Assembly: GCA_019421105.1 (NCBI GenBank)
Contig: JAHZFY010000001.1
Coordinates: 3,357 to 44,363 of the forward strand
Direction: 5' to 3'
DNA length: 41,007 nucleotides
Source: a bacterium
Lineage (GTDB): Bacteria > Bacillota_I > Bacilli_A > RFN20 > CAG-826
Position numbers and translations under genes: made by a program. Positions within the stretch are counted from its first letter, which is position 1. Each line of letters begins with the position of its first letter. The notes beneath the pieces are model-generated. The model ran no database searches. It had not been told where the DNA came from and saw only the letters and a list, made by a program, of their open reading frames with translations. Shown one piece after another: positions 16,707 to 25,914 of the stretch.

Positions 16707-16765
16707 AACAAAATAATAGCATAAAGCCTATAGCATGTTTATAAAATACGTTGCATTTTTTTCAA

Positions 16766-19417
16766 TTAAAGATTTTTATAAGCGATGATGGTTTGATATG
16801 GATTTAAAGAAGTAGCACTTGTTAAGGTTAGACCATCATTTAAAGTATTTAAATATAATTCATAGCCTTGTAAGTCATATGTTTTGCTAACTCCATCTAA
16901 ACCATTTGTATGGATGATTGTGTATGCTTTATTTGCAGTAGTGAAATTAATGACGATTTGGTTCTTGCTTTCATTCATTTGTACATCGATATTTTTATTA
17001 GTGGTTTTATTTTGATGCATGAATTCCATGTCTTGTTTAAAAGATAATAATTTTTGATAATTATTAAACATATCAATGTGTTTGACTTTTAAAGAATAAT
17101 CTAATTCATTAACTTCATATGATGAAGCATAGGAGTTGCTATCTCCATTTTTAGTTCTTAAAAATTCTTCACCAGCAAGCATGAATGTTGTGCCTTGAGA
17201 TGTAAAGACAACACTGTTGGCTAACATTGCCATTTTTTGTTTTGCGTCTTCATCAGTTATTCCTGCGGCTTCGATTCTATCGTATAAAGTGTAATTGTCA
17301 TGACACGTGACATAATTTACAGTTTTATTTGGATCATCAGTAGCAGGGGAGAAGTTACCTGTGATACCTTTAATACCATTTTCAATATTTAAGACATCAG
17401 TTGCTGATATTGTAGATTTGTTATTTGTAATCCAACCTAAATCAGCTTTGTTAGATAATCCACCTTTGATTAAGGCGTCTCTCATTTGGTCGTTAAATTG
17501 GCCATATCCAACATATTTGTAGGCATTGGCTTGAGTTGAAGCTTCTGAAGATGGAAGAGCAGAAGTTCCACCAGTCCAAGGTTCTCCATAAATAGCAATG
17601 GATGGATTAATTGTTTTTAAATTAGCGCTGATTTCGTTCATGGTTTCGATATCATGCAATCCCATCAAGTCGAATCTAAATCCACCTAGTTTGTATTCTT
17701 TAGTCCAGAATTCTGTGGAATCGATCATGAACTTTCTAAACATGTACATATCAGAAGCAGTTTCATTTCCGCATCCTGAACCATTGCTAGCTTTATCATC
17801 GACAGTATAGCGATAATAATATCCTGGCATTAAAACATTGAAATTAGAACCTCTTAAATCCGCTGTATGGTTATAAACGACATCCATGATGATAATGATT
17901 CCTGCTTCATTATAAGCCTGGACTAATTCTTTAAATTCTTTAATTCTTACATAACCATCGTATGGATTAGTAGAGTATCCACCTTCTAAGACATTATAAT
18001 TATGAGGATTATAACCCCAGTTAAATGTCATGTTTATTTCATCATTAGCTTGATCAAAAATAGGAATTAATTGAACAGCGTTAACGCCTAATTCTTTAAT
18101 GTGATCAAAACCGGTTTTGACTGTGACTCCGTTTTCTTCATAAGTAGTGTTAGATAAATATGCGCCTTTAAACAATTTAGCATATTGTAAATCATCTGGA
18201 TTCTTAGACCATGTTTTAGAAGAAGTGATATCTGCAACATGGGTTTCATAAACCGTTAATGACAATGGATCTATTTGGTGTGGAGTTATATTTTCCCAAC
18301 CTTCCGGATTGGTTTGTTCAAAATCTACGATCATTCCTCTTAAGCCATTAACACCAGCACTTTTTGCATATGGATCAACAATCTCTTCATCTTTAAATTG
18401 GTTATTAGTGACGCTATATGTGTAATATTTGCCTGATAAATTTTGATCGATTGTGATTTCAAATACACCCTTATCCTTTTTAATCATTTCACTAGAAATA
18501 ATTGGGGTATCTGTAGCAGTTTTATCATGCTCTTTTAACGATAGTGGTGTCCCACTTTCATAAACATTTAAAACAATTTTGCTTGATAAAGGAGACCATA
18601 CTTTAAAAGTAGTAGTATTAGTCGATTTATTAACAATTGCACCTAATTCACCATCATAGTTATATTGTTTAGCGAATTCTTCGGTTTTAAATAAGATATT
18701 TGTAGAAATAGGTGTGATAATTTTTTTCCCGCTTTCAAAAGTTACTTCAGCTTGATAAAATTTTTCAAATTGAGCATTATGTTCAATAGTGCCTTCAAAT
18801 GATTTATTTGGTGTTATATCTTGTTCAAAAATTACGTTTTCATCTTCCAAAACTTTTATATTTGTCATATTAGCGTTAGCTTGAATGATGAATTTATCGG
18901 TTTTATAAAATTGAGAACGTTTGATTTTTTCTAAGATGATTAAATTTTCATTTAAATATACGTTAGCGTCACCACTTAATAAATAGACATGATAAATACC
19001 TTCATCATCTTTAGTCAAGTCTTCAAATTCAATAAAGCGGTCAGAATCGACATCTTTACCATTCCAACTGCCTAAAGTTTTAACGATGAACCCTAAATTA
19101 TTTGTAGTGACATTTTCACTCCAAGCGCTCAATGGATAACACGCCATCGCGCCAAATTCATCCATACCATTAAAGGTGTATTCACTGCCTTCAAAGCCAT
19201 CTTCCCATAACCATAAAGCCCAATCGTCATATTTTTTATCTTTACGATTGTAATGGATACAGATACCATCACCTTCAAAACTAGGTGGATCAACAAGTGT
19301 AATTGACGTATCACTTGAATCACTTGGTTCAGTTGTAGTGGTTGTGACTTGTTCCATAGGTTTACATCCAATCAAAACTAATGATACTAATACTGGAAGT
19401 AAGAGTTTTAATTTCAT
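16766..19417 (-). CDS. pulA: Type I pullulanase lipoprotein (GH13, PUD/CBM41-like and CBM48 modules)
   Basis: Lipobox LIGC. HYNRKDKKYDDWALWLWE (pullulanase-associated domain). FKVWSPLSSKI (CBM48). Pullulanase signature FNWGYNPHNY. GH13 regions VVYNHT, GGFRFDLMG, YGEPW, VTCHDN. SD TAGGAGG. Confidence 0.9.
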   Translation of the reverse strand: MKLKLLLPVLVSLVLIGCKPMEQVTTTTTEPSDSSDTSITLVDPPSFEGDGICIHYNRKDKKYDDWALWLWEDGFEGSEYTFNGMDEFGAMACYPLSAWSENVTTNNLGFIVKTLGSWNGKDVDSDRFIEFEDLTKDDEGIYHVYLLSGDANVYLNENLIILEKIKRSQFYKTDKFIIQANANMTNIKVLEDENVIFEQDITPNKSFEGTIEHNAQFEKFYQAEVTFESGKKIITPISTNILFKTEEFAKQYNYDGELGAIVNKSTNTTTFKVWSPLSSKIVLNVYESGTPLSLKEHDKTATDTPIISSEMIKKDKGVFEITIDQNLSGKYYTYSVTNNQFKDEEIVDPYAKSAGVNGLRGMIVDFEQTNPEGWENITPHQIDPLSLTVYETHVADITSSKTWSKNPDDLQYAKLFKGAYLSNTTYEENGVTVKTGFDHIKELGVNAVQLIPIFDQANDEINMTFNWGYNPHNYNVLEGGYSTNPYDGYVRIKEFKELVQAYNEAGIIIIMDVVYNHTADLRGSNFNVLMPGYYYRYTVDDKASNGSGCGNETASDMYMFRKFMIDSTEFWTKEYKLGGFRFDLMGLHDIETMNEISANLKTINPSIAIYGEPWTGGTSALPSSEASTQANAYKYVGYGQFNDQMRDALIKGGLSNKADLGWITNNKSTISATDVLNIENGIKGITGNFSPATDDPNKTVNYVTCHDNYTLYDRIEAAGITDEDAKQKMAMLANSVVFTSQGTTFMLAGEEFLRTKNGDSNSYASSYEVNELDYSLKVKHIDMFNNYQKLLSFKQDMEFMHQNKTTNKNIDVQMNESKNQIVINFTTANKAYTIIHTNGLDGVSKTYDLQGYELYLNTLNDGLTLTSATSLNPYQTIIAYKNL

Positions 19418-19437
19418 GTGTTTTTCCTCCTATCATG

Positions 19438-19470
19438 AAATAATAAAATGAATAGGCGAAAACCTATTCA
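19438..19470 (-). terminator. Terminator-like hairpin inside the operon, just upstream of pulA
   Basis: On the minus strand: TGAATAGG-ttttcg-CCTATTCA (8 bp) followed by TTTTATTATTT. It lies 30-50 nt before the pulA ATG, leaving no room for a promoter. Confidence 0.55.
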
Positions 19471-20204
19471 TAATTAACAACAATTTTAGTTGTAGTTTTA
19501 GTTTGAGGCTGGTCTAAATTTTCTTTTAAATTGTTTCTCATAAAAGAAGAATAATTTAATAACATTCCATATTGATTTACTGTTAAATCATATTGAACAG
19601 CAGTATCGCTTTCTGGAATATAATTTTCTTCAATATCAAGAGTTAATGTATTTGTTTCTTGATTGATTGTCATGAAATTTTGATGATTGAACAATGTTTT
19701 TTTCAAGGCATCGCCATAATATAATCCATTAGACCAAATTCCATTATCATTAACTCCATAAAATTGAGCGATAGTTTGATATGCTCTAAAAGACTCTAAT
19801 TCATCAACAGTGGTTTTAGTTGACTTATCTTCAAAAGTTTTGATGATAGTTTGATTATATTTAGTAGTGTCTTTAATTTTGCTAATTTTACTTTCCTCTT
19901 TAATTACGCCATTTTCAATATAATTACCATAAAAATGGGTTATTTTATGAGAAAAGTAGTTATTATCATCTTTTATTGAAAAATTATACTCGATTGTATA
20001 ACTAGCAAATTCTTCATCACCTTTATAAACAAGTGTTTCAAAATTTAGATGAGCCTGTGGGTATTCTTTTACGCATTTTGAAATATCAAATTGATCAGTA
20101 AAATCAACTAATTCTTGTCTAATTTGATAATCGATGCATGAGCATAAACAAAATATCAAAGCCGCACTAGAAACCGCAAATAATGAATGTTTTTTAATTA
20201 GCAT
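19464..20204 (-). CDS. Lipoprotein of unknown function (246 aa)
   Basis: Signal MLIKKHSLFAVSSAALIFCLCSC (lipobox LCSC). Overlaps the upstream gene by 11 nt. Embedded in the maltodextrin operon. Confidence 0.65.
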   Translation of the reverse strand: MLIKKHSLFAVSSAALIFCLCSCIDYQIRQELVDFTDQFDISKCVKEYPQAHLNFETLVYKGDEEFASYTIEYNFSIKDDNNYFSHKITHFYGNYIENGVIKEESKISKIKDTTKYNQTIIKTFEDKSTKTTVDELESFRAYQTIAQFYGVNDNGIWSNGLYYGDALKKTLFNHQNFMTINQETNTLTLDIEENYIPESDTAVQYDLTVNQYGMLLNYSSFMRNNLKENLDQPQTKTTTKIVVNYE

Positions 20205-20835
20205 ATGTGTATGTAGTATTTAAGGTAACTTTTCTTGAAGCTACATCATTATAATTACAAGTATAAAAACTTTCCTTGATTAAATAGCCACTTTCGTCAT
20301 ATTCAAAAGCTAGATCATATTTTGAAACAAATGATACGTCTTCGCCATTTTCGTCCCCTTGATAAAATGTTATTTTATTATTTGAATTATGCACATAGAA
20401 AACAATGTGATTTTCATCGGTTGTTCCGATGCTAACATCAATATCTTTACCAGGGTTGGAATGAATTAATCTTGATTTTAAAAGATAGTATTGACAATTA
20501 GGATCCAAATTCCCCTTTTCATTTATAATATAAAATTTTTCTTCGTCTAATACCATTGGTGCTCTTAGGATTTTAGATTTGGCATCTTCAATTAAATCCA
20601 TTTTTCTGCCCTCTTTTTCATCTTCTACTCCAAAAAGATTGATTTCGGATTCATATGAAAATTTAGCATAAGCAACATCTTGCATTTCTTCCACGAAGGC
20701 TTTTGCTTCTTCTGGGGTTAAATGGTCGGTGATACTTTCAACGATCTTTTTATATTCTCCGATTCCATTTTGATTAGAACAAGAAGCAAGCAATAGTGGA
20801 GATATTAAAAGCATTGGCCATAATTTTGCTTTCAT
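20194..20835 (-). CDS. Lipoprotein of unknown function (213 aa)
   Basis: Signal MKAKLWPMLLISPLLLASC (lipobox LASC). SD AGGAGG. Begins 10 nt after the ATPase gene. Confidence 0.7.
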   Translation of the reverse strand: MKAKLWPMLLISPLLLASCSNQNGIGEYKKIVESITDHLTPEEAKAFVEEMQDVAYAKFSYESEINLFGVEDEKEGRKMDLIEDAKSKILRAPMVLDEEKFYIINEKGNLDPNCQYYLLKSRLIHSNPGKDIDVSIGTTDENHIVFYVHNSNNKITFYQGDENGEDVSFVSKYDLAFEYDESGYLIKESFYTCNYNDVASRKVTLNTTYTYAN

Positions 20836-20845
20836 ATTTCGCCTC

Positions 20846-23389
20846 CTAGTATAATCTAATATTTAAACTAGATTCATAGATTTCAGTTTTTAATAAATCG
20901 ATAGTGAAACGAATTGTTGAATCAACTTCTAAATTATTATTTGTTTTGATGTAAATGATGTTTTCGACACCATCGACATTTGTAGCAACGCGATAATATT
21001 TGTTGTATTTAGAATAAATAATCTTATCTAATACTTTACCTTCCATTGTTCCATTTTCATCTAAAACGAAGGCGTTATGTGGTATTTCAATGCGATATGT
21101 CTTTGTAAAGACTTTAGAACCTAAGCCTTGAATGATTTTGTTAGAAATAATGTTTGGTAAGATGTATGGTCTTCCATCGATTTTTAAGAAGAATAATAAA
21201 CCAGCACGTTTTTCTTCTAAAGCTAATTCTTTTTTCAATGCCGCTAGTTGTTTTTCATATGCAGCATTTTCATATGCAACTGGGTTTAAGGCTTTCTTGT
21301 ATTCTTTTTTAGCTTCTTTTATTTCAGATTTAATTTCGTATTTCTTTCTTTGATATTCAGCAGAAACACCATTGATATTTGCATCGTATTCTTGTTCGAG
21401 TTTTAAAACGCGATTTTTTAATTCGCCTTCTTTTTCTCTTGGCAAGTTTTCCATAAAGGTTGCATGATCTGCTTTTCTAGCACGTCTAGAACTTCTATCT
21501 TTGTTTAAAGCCATAGAATTTGCGTAATCTTGTTTTTCTTCTAATAGACGTTTAGCAAATATTTCATTAATTTCTTTTTTAGCTTCTTTTAAACCTTCTT
21601 TATATTGAAGTTTAACTTCTTTTTTAGCTTTCAAGTAATCTTGTTTTGCATTAATTAGTTCAATTTGTTTTTCTTGAGCTATTTGTTCAGAAGTTCTAAG
21701 TTTTTCTTCTGCTTCTTGTTCGATGTTTCTAGAATTGATATCTGCTAAAACTTTTTCATGATCTAATTTCAAAGCTTCCATCTTTTCTAAGATTGGTTGA
21801 ATAGCTTCTTCAACTCTTTGTGCAGCCTCAGCTTCATAAGCTTCGTTTTTGCCTTCTGCAGCAAGAATTGTTTGATAGTTAGTGAATGTAGCTTTTAATT
21901 GATCTTTTTCCACTAATGGTGCTAAAACTAATTCCTCATCTTTATAAAAGGATGCTTTTTCATAATCAAATGTGACAAATAATTCGTCATTTTCATTAAC
22001 TTTATTATCAACTAAAGCAAAGAATAAATGTTCGCCACATCTTAAATATGCTAAGTTTTGTTTATTGATAGTTTCAATTTTTTCAACTTTGACTGCTAAG
22101 CCATCTTTTGCAATGTGAATTGCGTTGACTGGCATAACTAAAGAACCATCAAAGTTGTCTAAAGAAATTGCGCTTGGCATTGGAAGATCATTGCCTAAGA
22201 AATGCAATGTATCACCTTTAACTTTTGCATCAAAGACGTTTACTTCTGGCAAACGTGGTGAAATTGTCATTTCTGTTTTTGCATCAAAGAAATGCGCTTT
22301 ATGAATATCAAATTTGATATCTACTATATCTCCGATTTTTAAACCGTCTGTATTTTGGACCTTGACAATAACTTTAGTTGGAGAATCGATAACTAATTCA
22401 TCTTTTAAATCTAAATCACCATAAACTAGGGCCTCATTACCTAATTCTTCAAAGTGATTGATTTTCATCTTAAGTGTATTTTTATCTTTTTTATTTGCTA
22501 AAGATATATTTTCACATCTAATACCTAAAACAACAGGGCGTTCGCCATCAAAATATTGTTTTTGGACTTTTAATAAGTTTTCAAATTTAATATCTAATTT
22601 AGCGTCGACATCTTTAAAGTTGATATGAACAACATCTTTTTCTCTTGTTAATGTTGTGTCAAAGAAGTTCATTTGTGGAGTGCCAATAAATCCTGCGACG
22701 AATTTATTAACTGGATAGTCATATAAGTTTTTAGGTGCATCAATTTGTTGGACACGTCCTAATTTCATCACGACAACACGGGTACCTAATGTCATAGCTT
22801 CGACTTGGTCGTGAGTAACATAAATGAAAGTGGTTTTTAAATTTTGGTGCAACTTAGAAATTTCACTTCTCATTTGAGATCTTAATTTAGCATCTAAGTT
22901 AGATAAAGGTTCGTCAAGCAACATGACTTTTGGATTTCTTAAAATTGCTCTACCTAAAGAAACTCTTTGTCTTTGACCACCAGACATTGCTTTTGGCTTT
23001 CTATCTAAATATTCAGTTAAACCTAATACTTTTGCAGCCCACATGACTTTTTCATGAATTTCCGCTCTTGGAACATGTCTTAGTTGCAAACCAAATGCCA
23101 TATTATCATAAACGGTCATATGTGGATATAAAGCATAGTTTTGGAAGACCATTGCGATATCTCTATCTTTTGGCTCCATATCGTTGACGATTTGATTACC
23201 AATATATAATTCACCAGAACTGATTTCTTCTAAACCTGCAATCATTCTTAAAGTGGTGGATTTACCACATCCAGATGGACCAACGAAAACGATAAATTCT
23301 TTATCTTCAATGTCCATTGTAAAGTCGTTGACGGCTTTTGTTCCATTTGGATAAACCTTGTAGATGTGTTCTAATTTTAGAGTTGCCAT
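20846..23389 (-). CDS. MalK/MsmK-family sugar ABC transporter ATP-binding protein with ~470-aa C-terminal extension (extra TOBE-like modules plus coiled coil)
   Basis: Start set at MATLKLEHIYKVY (ATG 23389, SD AAAGGAG). Walker A GPSGCGKST, signature MSGGQRQR, Walker B MLLDEP, H-loop VTHD. First regulatory domain ends in HKAHFFDAKTE. About 470 more aa follow, including an E/K-rich heptad-like region. Confidence 0.85.
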   Translation of the reverse strand: MATLKLEHIYKVYPNGTKAVNDFTMDIEDKEFIVFVGPSGCGKSTTLRMIAGLEEISSGELYIGNQIVNDMEPKDRDIAMVFQNYALYPHMTVYDNMAFGLQLRHVPRAEIHEKVMWAAKVLGLTEYLDRKPKAMSGGQRQRVSLGRAILRNPKVMLLDEPLSNLDAKLRSQMRSEISKLHQNLKTTFIYVTHDQVEAMTLGTRVVVMKLGRVQQIDAPKNLYDYPVNKFVAGFIGTPQMNFFDTTLTREKDVVHINFKDVDAKLDIKFENLLKVQKQYFDGERPVVLGIRCENISLANKKDKNTLKMKINHFEELGNEALVYGDLDLKDELVIDSPTKVIVKVQNTDGLKIGDIVDIKFDIHKAHFFDAKTEMTISPRLPEVNVFDAKVKGDTLHFLGNDLPMPSAISLDNFDGSLVMPVNAIHIAKDGLAVKVEKIETINKQNLAYLRCGEHLFFALVDNKVNENDELFVTFDYEKASFYKDEELVLAPLVEKDQLKATFTNYQTILAAEGKNEAYEAEAAQRVEEAIQPILEKMEALKLDHEKVLADINSRNIEQEAEEKLRTSEQIAQEKQIELINAKQDYLKAKKEVKLQYKEGLKEAKKEINEIFAKRLLEEKQDYANSMALNKDRSSRRARKADHATFMENLPREKEGELKNRVLKLEQEYDANINGVSAEYQRKKYEIKSEIKEAKKEYKKALNPVAYENAAYEKQLAALKKELALEEKRAGLLFFLKIDGRPYILPNIISNKIIQGLGSKVFTKTYRIEIPHNAFVLDENGTMEGKVLDKIIYSKYNKYYRVATNVDGVENIIYIKTNNNLEVDSTIRFTIDLLKTEIYESSLNIRLY

Positions 23390-23411
23390 AATTATGTTCT
23401 CCTTTGACAAA

Positions 23412-25031
23412 TTATCTTAAAATCGCAATTCCATAAGGTGGAAGCGATATTGTATCATTGTTTATTTTACCAATGTAATTGGTTTCGTTATCTGCAACTA
23501 ATTGTCCTACAACTTTTTTATCTGTTGTTATTTGTTTATATTCATTAGCAGATAAGTTGATGAGTATTTGAATGGTGCTACCATCAAATTCTTTATCTAA
23601 TGTCACTAATGATTTATTAACATTAGATGTTTCCAATAATTTTCCTCTAGCAATTTCTTTATTTTGATTTCTCAATAAATTTGCTTTTTTATAGTAAGCA
23701 TAAATGCTATTAGAATCTTCAATTTGTTTTTTTGCAGAATCATGAACGTATTCACATTTTGCAGTACCGATAGGATTTTTGCATTTTCCTTCGAATTCGC
23801 CATCATCCCAATACATGAATGTTCTAACATTTTGGTCTGGTTTGACATAGCCATTCATCCCAATTTCATCACCATAATAAGTGAAGGTTGTTCCATTCAT
23901 CATTGCTAATAAGCCATAAATCATTTTTGTGTAATTGCTATCGCTTTTAGCAATTCTTGACATGTCGTGATTATCAAGAAATGGTGCAGGTATACCGGTT
24001 TCACCAGCGTATTTAATGGAGTCTTTCATTCCATCTAAATATAAACTTGATAAAAGACCATCCATATCTAAGGAACGACCGATATAACCGCTTGTTCCAG
24101 ATGCTGGGAAATTGAATAATGATGTTATGCCACTGGTGTAATATTCACCGATGGTTTTTTGATCGTTTACCCATGCTTCACCAACTATATAGACATCTTC
24201 ATTTACGCTTTTACAATAATTGACGAATTCACTTAAGTATTCGATAGTGTCTTTTTGGCTATTATAGAAGTAATACAAAACTGCATCTAATCTAAATCCA
24301 TCTACTCCTAAATCCATCCAATATTTAGCTACTTCGTTAAATTTGTTTTTAATAGAGTCGTTTGCTAAATTGAATTCAGGCATATCATTCGAGAAATTAG
24401 ATTCAACATAGAATGATTTGCTACCATAATTGCCAACGCTAGACCATCCTGGATGCATTTCGGTATCAAAGTTATACCAATTCATTGCATCTTTTTCTTG
24501 TTCGCTCATAGTTTGATCTGTCAAACTTTTTGCATATGCAGAAGCTGATTCAACAAACCAAGGATGGTTTCTTGATGAGTGATTAATCATCAAATCAAAT
24601 ATAATTTTAATGTTTTTTTCATGACACTTATTAATTAATTCAATTGTATCATCTAAAGTGCCATATTTTGGGTCTATTTCATAATAAGAATCTGCATCGT
24701 ATTTGTGATATGAATTTGATTTAAATATTGGCATTAACCATATACCTGTATAGCCTAAATCAGATATATAATCTAATTTTTCTATGACGCCTTTAATATC
24801 ACCCACACCATCATTATTTGTGTCGTAATATGAGCCAACATAAATTTCATAAAAATTTCTATAATTATCATTGATGATTTCAGGGACTGTTAGATCCTCG
24901 TCAATTCTTTCTCCTTGGTTAACAGTAGGAAGCGTGGTGCTAGTCGATGAATTATCAGTATTTTTACATCCAGTTAAACTAGAAGTGATTAATAGACCAG
25001 TAATAAACAAAGCTGGAATAGTTTGTTTCAT
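23412..25031 (-). CDS. Extracellular GH13 alpha-amylase-family lipoprotein
   Basis: Start set at MKQTIPALFITGLLITSSLTGC (lipobox LTGC). GH13 regions DGVGDIKGVIEKLDYISDLGYTGIWLMPIF, DLMINH, GFRLDAV, VGEAW, FLDNHD. Confidence 0.85.
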   Translation of the reverse strand: MKQTIPALFITGLLITSSLTGCKNTDNSSTSTTLPTVNQGERIDEDLTVPEIINDNYRNFYEIYVGSYYDTNNDGVGDIKGVIEKLDYISDLGYTGIWLMPIFKSNSYHKYDADSYYEIDPKYGTLDDTIELINKCHEKNIKIIFDLMINHSSRNHPWFVESASAYAKSLTDQTMSEQEKDAMNWYNFDTEMHPGWSSVGNYGSKSFYVESNFSNDMPEFNLANDSIKNKFNEVAKYWMDLGVDGFRLDAVLYYFYNSQKDTIEYLSEFVNYCKSVNEDVYIVGEAWVNDQKTIGEYYTSGITSLFNFPASGTSGYIGRSLDMDGLLSSLYLDGMKDSIKYAGETGIPAPFLDNHDMSRIAKSDSNYTKMIYGLLAMMNGTTFTYYGDEIGMNGYVKPDQNVRTFMYWDDGEFEGKCKNPIGTAKCEYVHDSAKKQIEDSNSIYAYYKKANLLRNQNKEIARGKLLETSNVNKSLVTLDKEFDGSTIQILINLSANEYKQITTDKKVVGQLVADNETNYIGKINNDTISLPPYGIAILR

Positions 25032-25035
25032 TTTT

Positions 25036-25914
25036 TTAACCCTTAACTGCGCCGCCCGCAATACCTTCAACATAGTAACGTTGTAGAATGAAGAACAAAG
25101 TCATAATAGGAATAGAAACAAATACGCCGCCTGCACAGAAAGTAGTAAAGTATGTAGATGCTTCTCTTGCTAGCATTTGCTGTAAACCAACAGCAACGTT
25201 AAACATGTTTTGATTACCTTGTGCTAAATAAGCAGCCATCATATAGTCTCCCCATGGTCCTGTGAAGGAAATTAAAATGGTGTAGACAATGATTGGTTTG
25301 CTTAACGGCATGATAATTTTCCAAAATACGGTATTATTTGTTCCACCATCGATTAAGACAGCTTCATCTAAAGATTTTGAAATTGTATCAAAGAAACCTT
25401 TAGCGATGTAATAACCCATTGCAGAACCACCAATGTATATAAGAATTAAGGAATATATGGATGTGTTTAATCCAACCATGCCTAGTAAGAAATAGACAAT
25501 AATCATTCCTAAGAATCCAGGGAACATACCTAAGATTAAAATCATTTTCATGATTGCAGTACGTCCTTTAAATCTTAAACGTGATAAAGCATAAGATGTT
25601 AAAAGAACTAAAATTGTTTGTAAAATCGCAGTACATGAAGCGATGATCAATGTATTCAAAAACCATTTCCAATATGGATAGGTAGAATCTGTAAATAAAT
25701 CAATGTAGTTTTGGAATGTGAAATTGCCAGGTCTTGGGAAGAAATCCCCAGGATAGAAAATATCAGCAAAAGATTGAGATATAAAATAAGCAAATGGAAG
25801 CAACCAAATAAAGGAGATTATAACTAAAAAGATATAAGTTAAAACCTGTTTAGTTGTTTTTGCGGCCTTTTGGGAACGATACTTGCGACCGCTATCTAAA
25901 ACGTTATTAGCCAT
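25036..25914 (-). CDS. Maltodextrin ABC transporter permease (MalG type)
   Basis: 292 aa, 6 TM. EAA loop LDEAVLIDGGTNNTVFWKIIMPLSKP. Confidence 0.85.
   Translation of the reverse strand: MANNVLDSGRKYRSQKAAKTTKQVLTYIFLVIISFIWLLPFAYFISQSFADIFYPGDFFPRPGNFTFQNYIDLFTDSTYPYWKWFLNTLIIASCTAILQTILVLLTSYALSRLRFKGRTAIMKMILILGMFPGFLGMIIVYFLLGMVGLNTSIYSLILIYIGGSAMGYYIAKGFFDTISKSLDEAVLIDGGTNNTVFWKIIMPLSKPIIVYTILISFTGPWGDYMMAAYLAQGNQNMFNVAVGLQQMLAREASTYFTTFCAGGVFVSIPIMTLFFILQRYYVEGIAGGAVKG

Noticed and set aside
20846-23389. The long MalK as an annotation or assembly fusion of malK with a separate downstream gene.
   Set aside because: I could not support this. The frame is continuous with no stop or obvious frameshift signature, and the C-terminal modules themselves look MalK-regulatory-like. 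It is kept as a finding with this caveat rather than called a pseudogene or fusion artefact.
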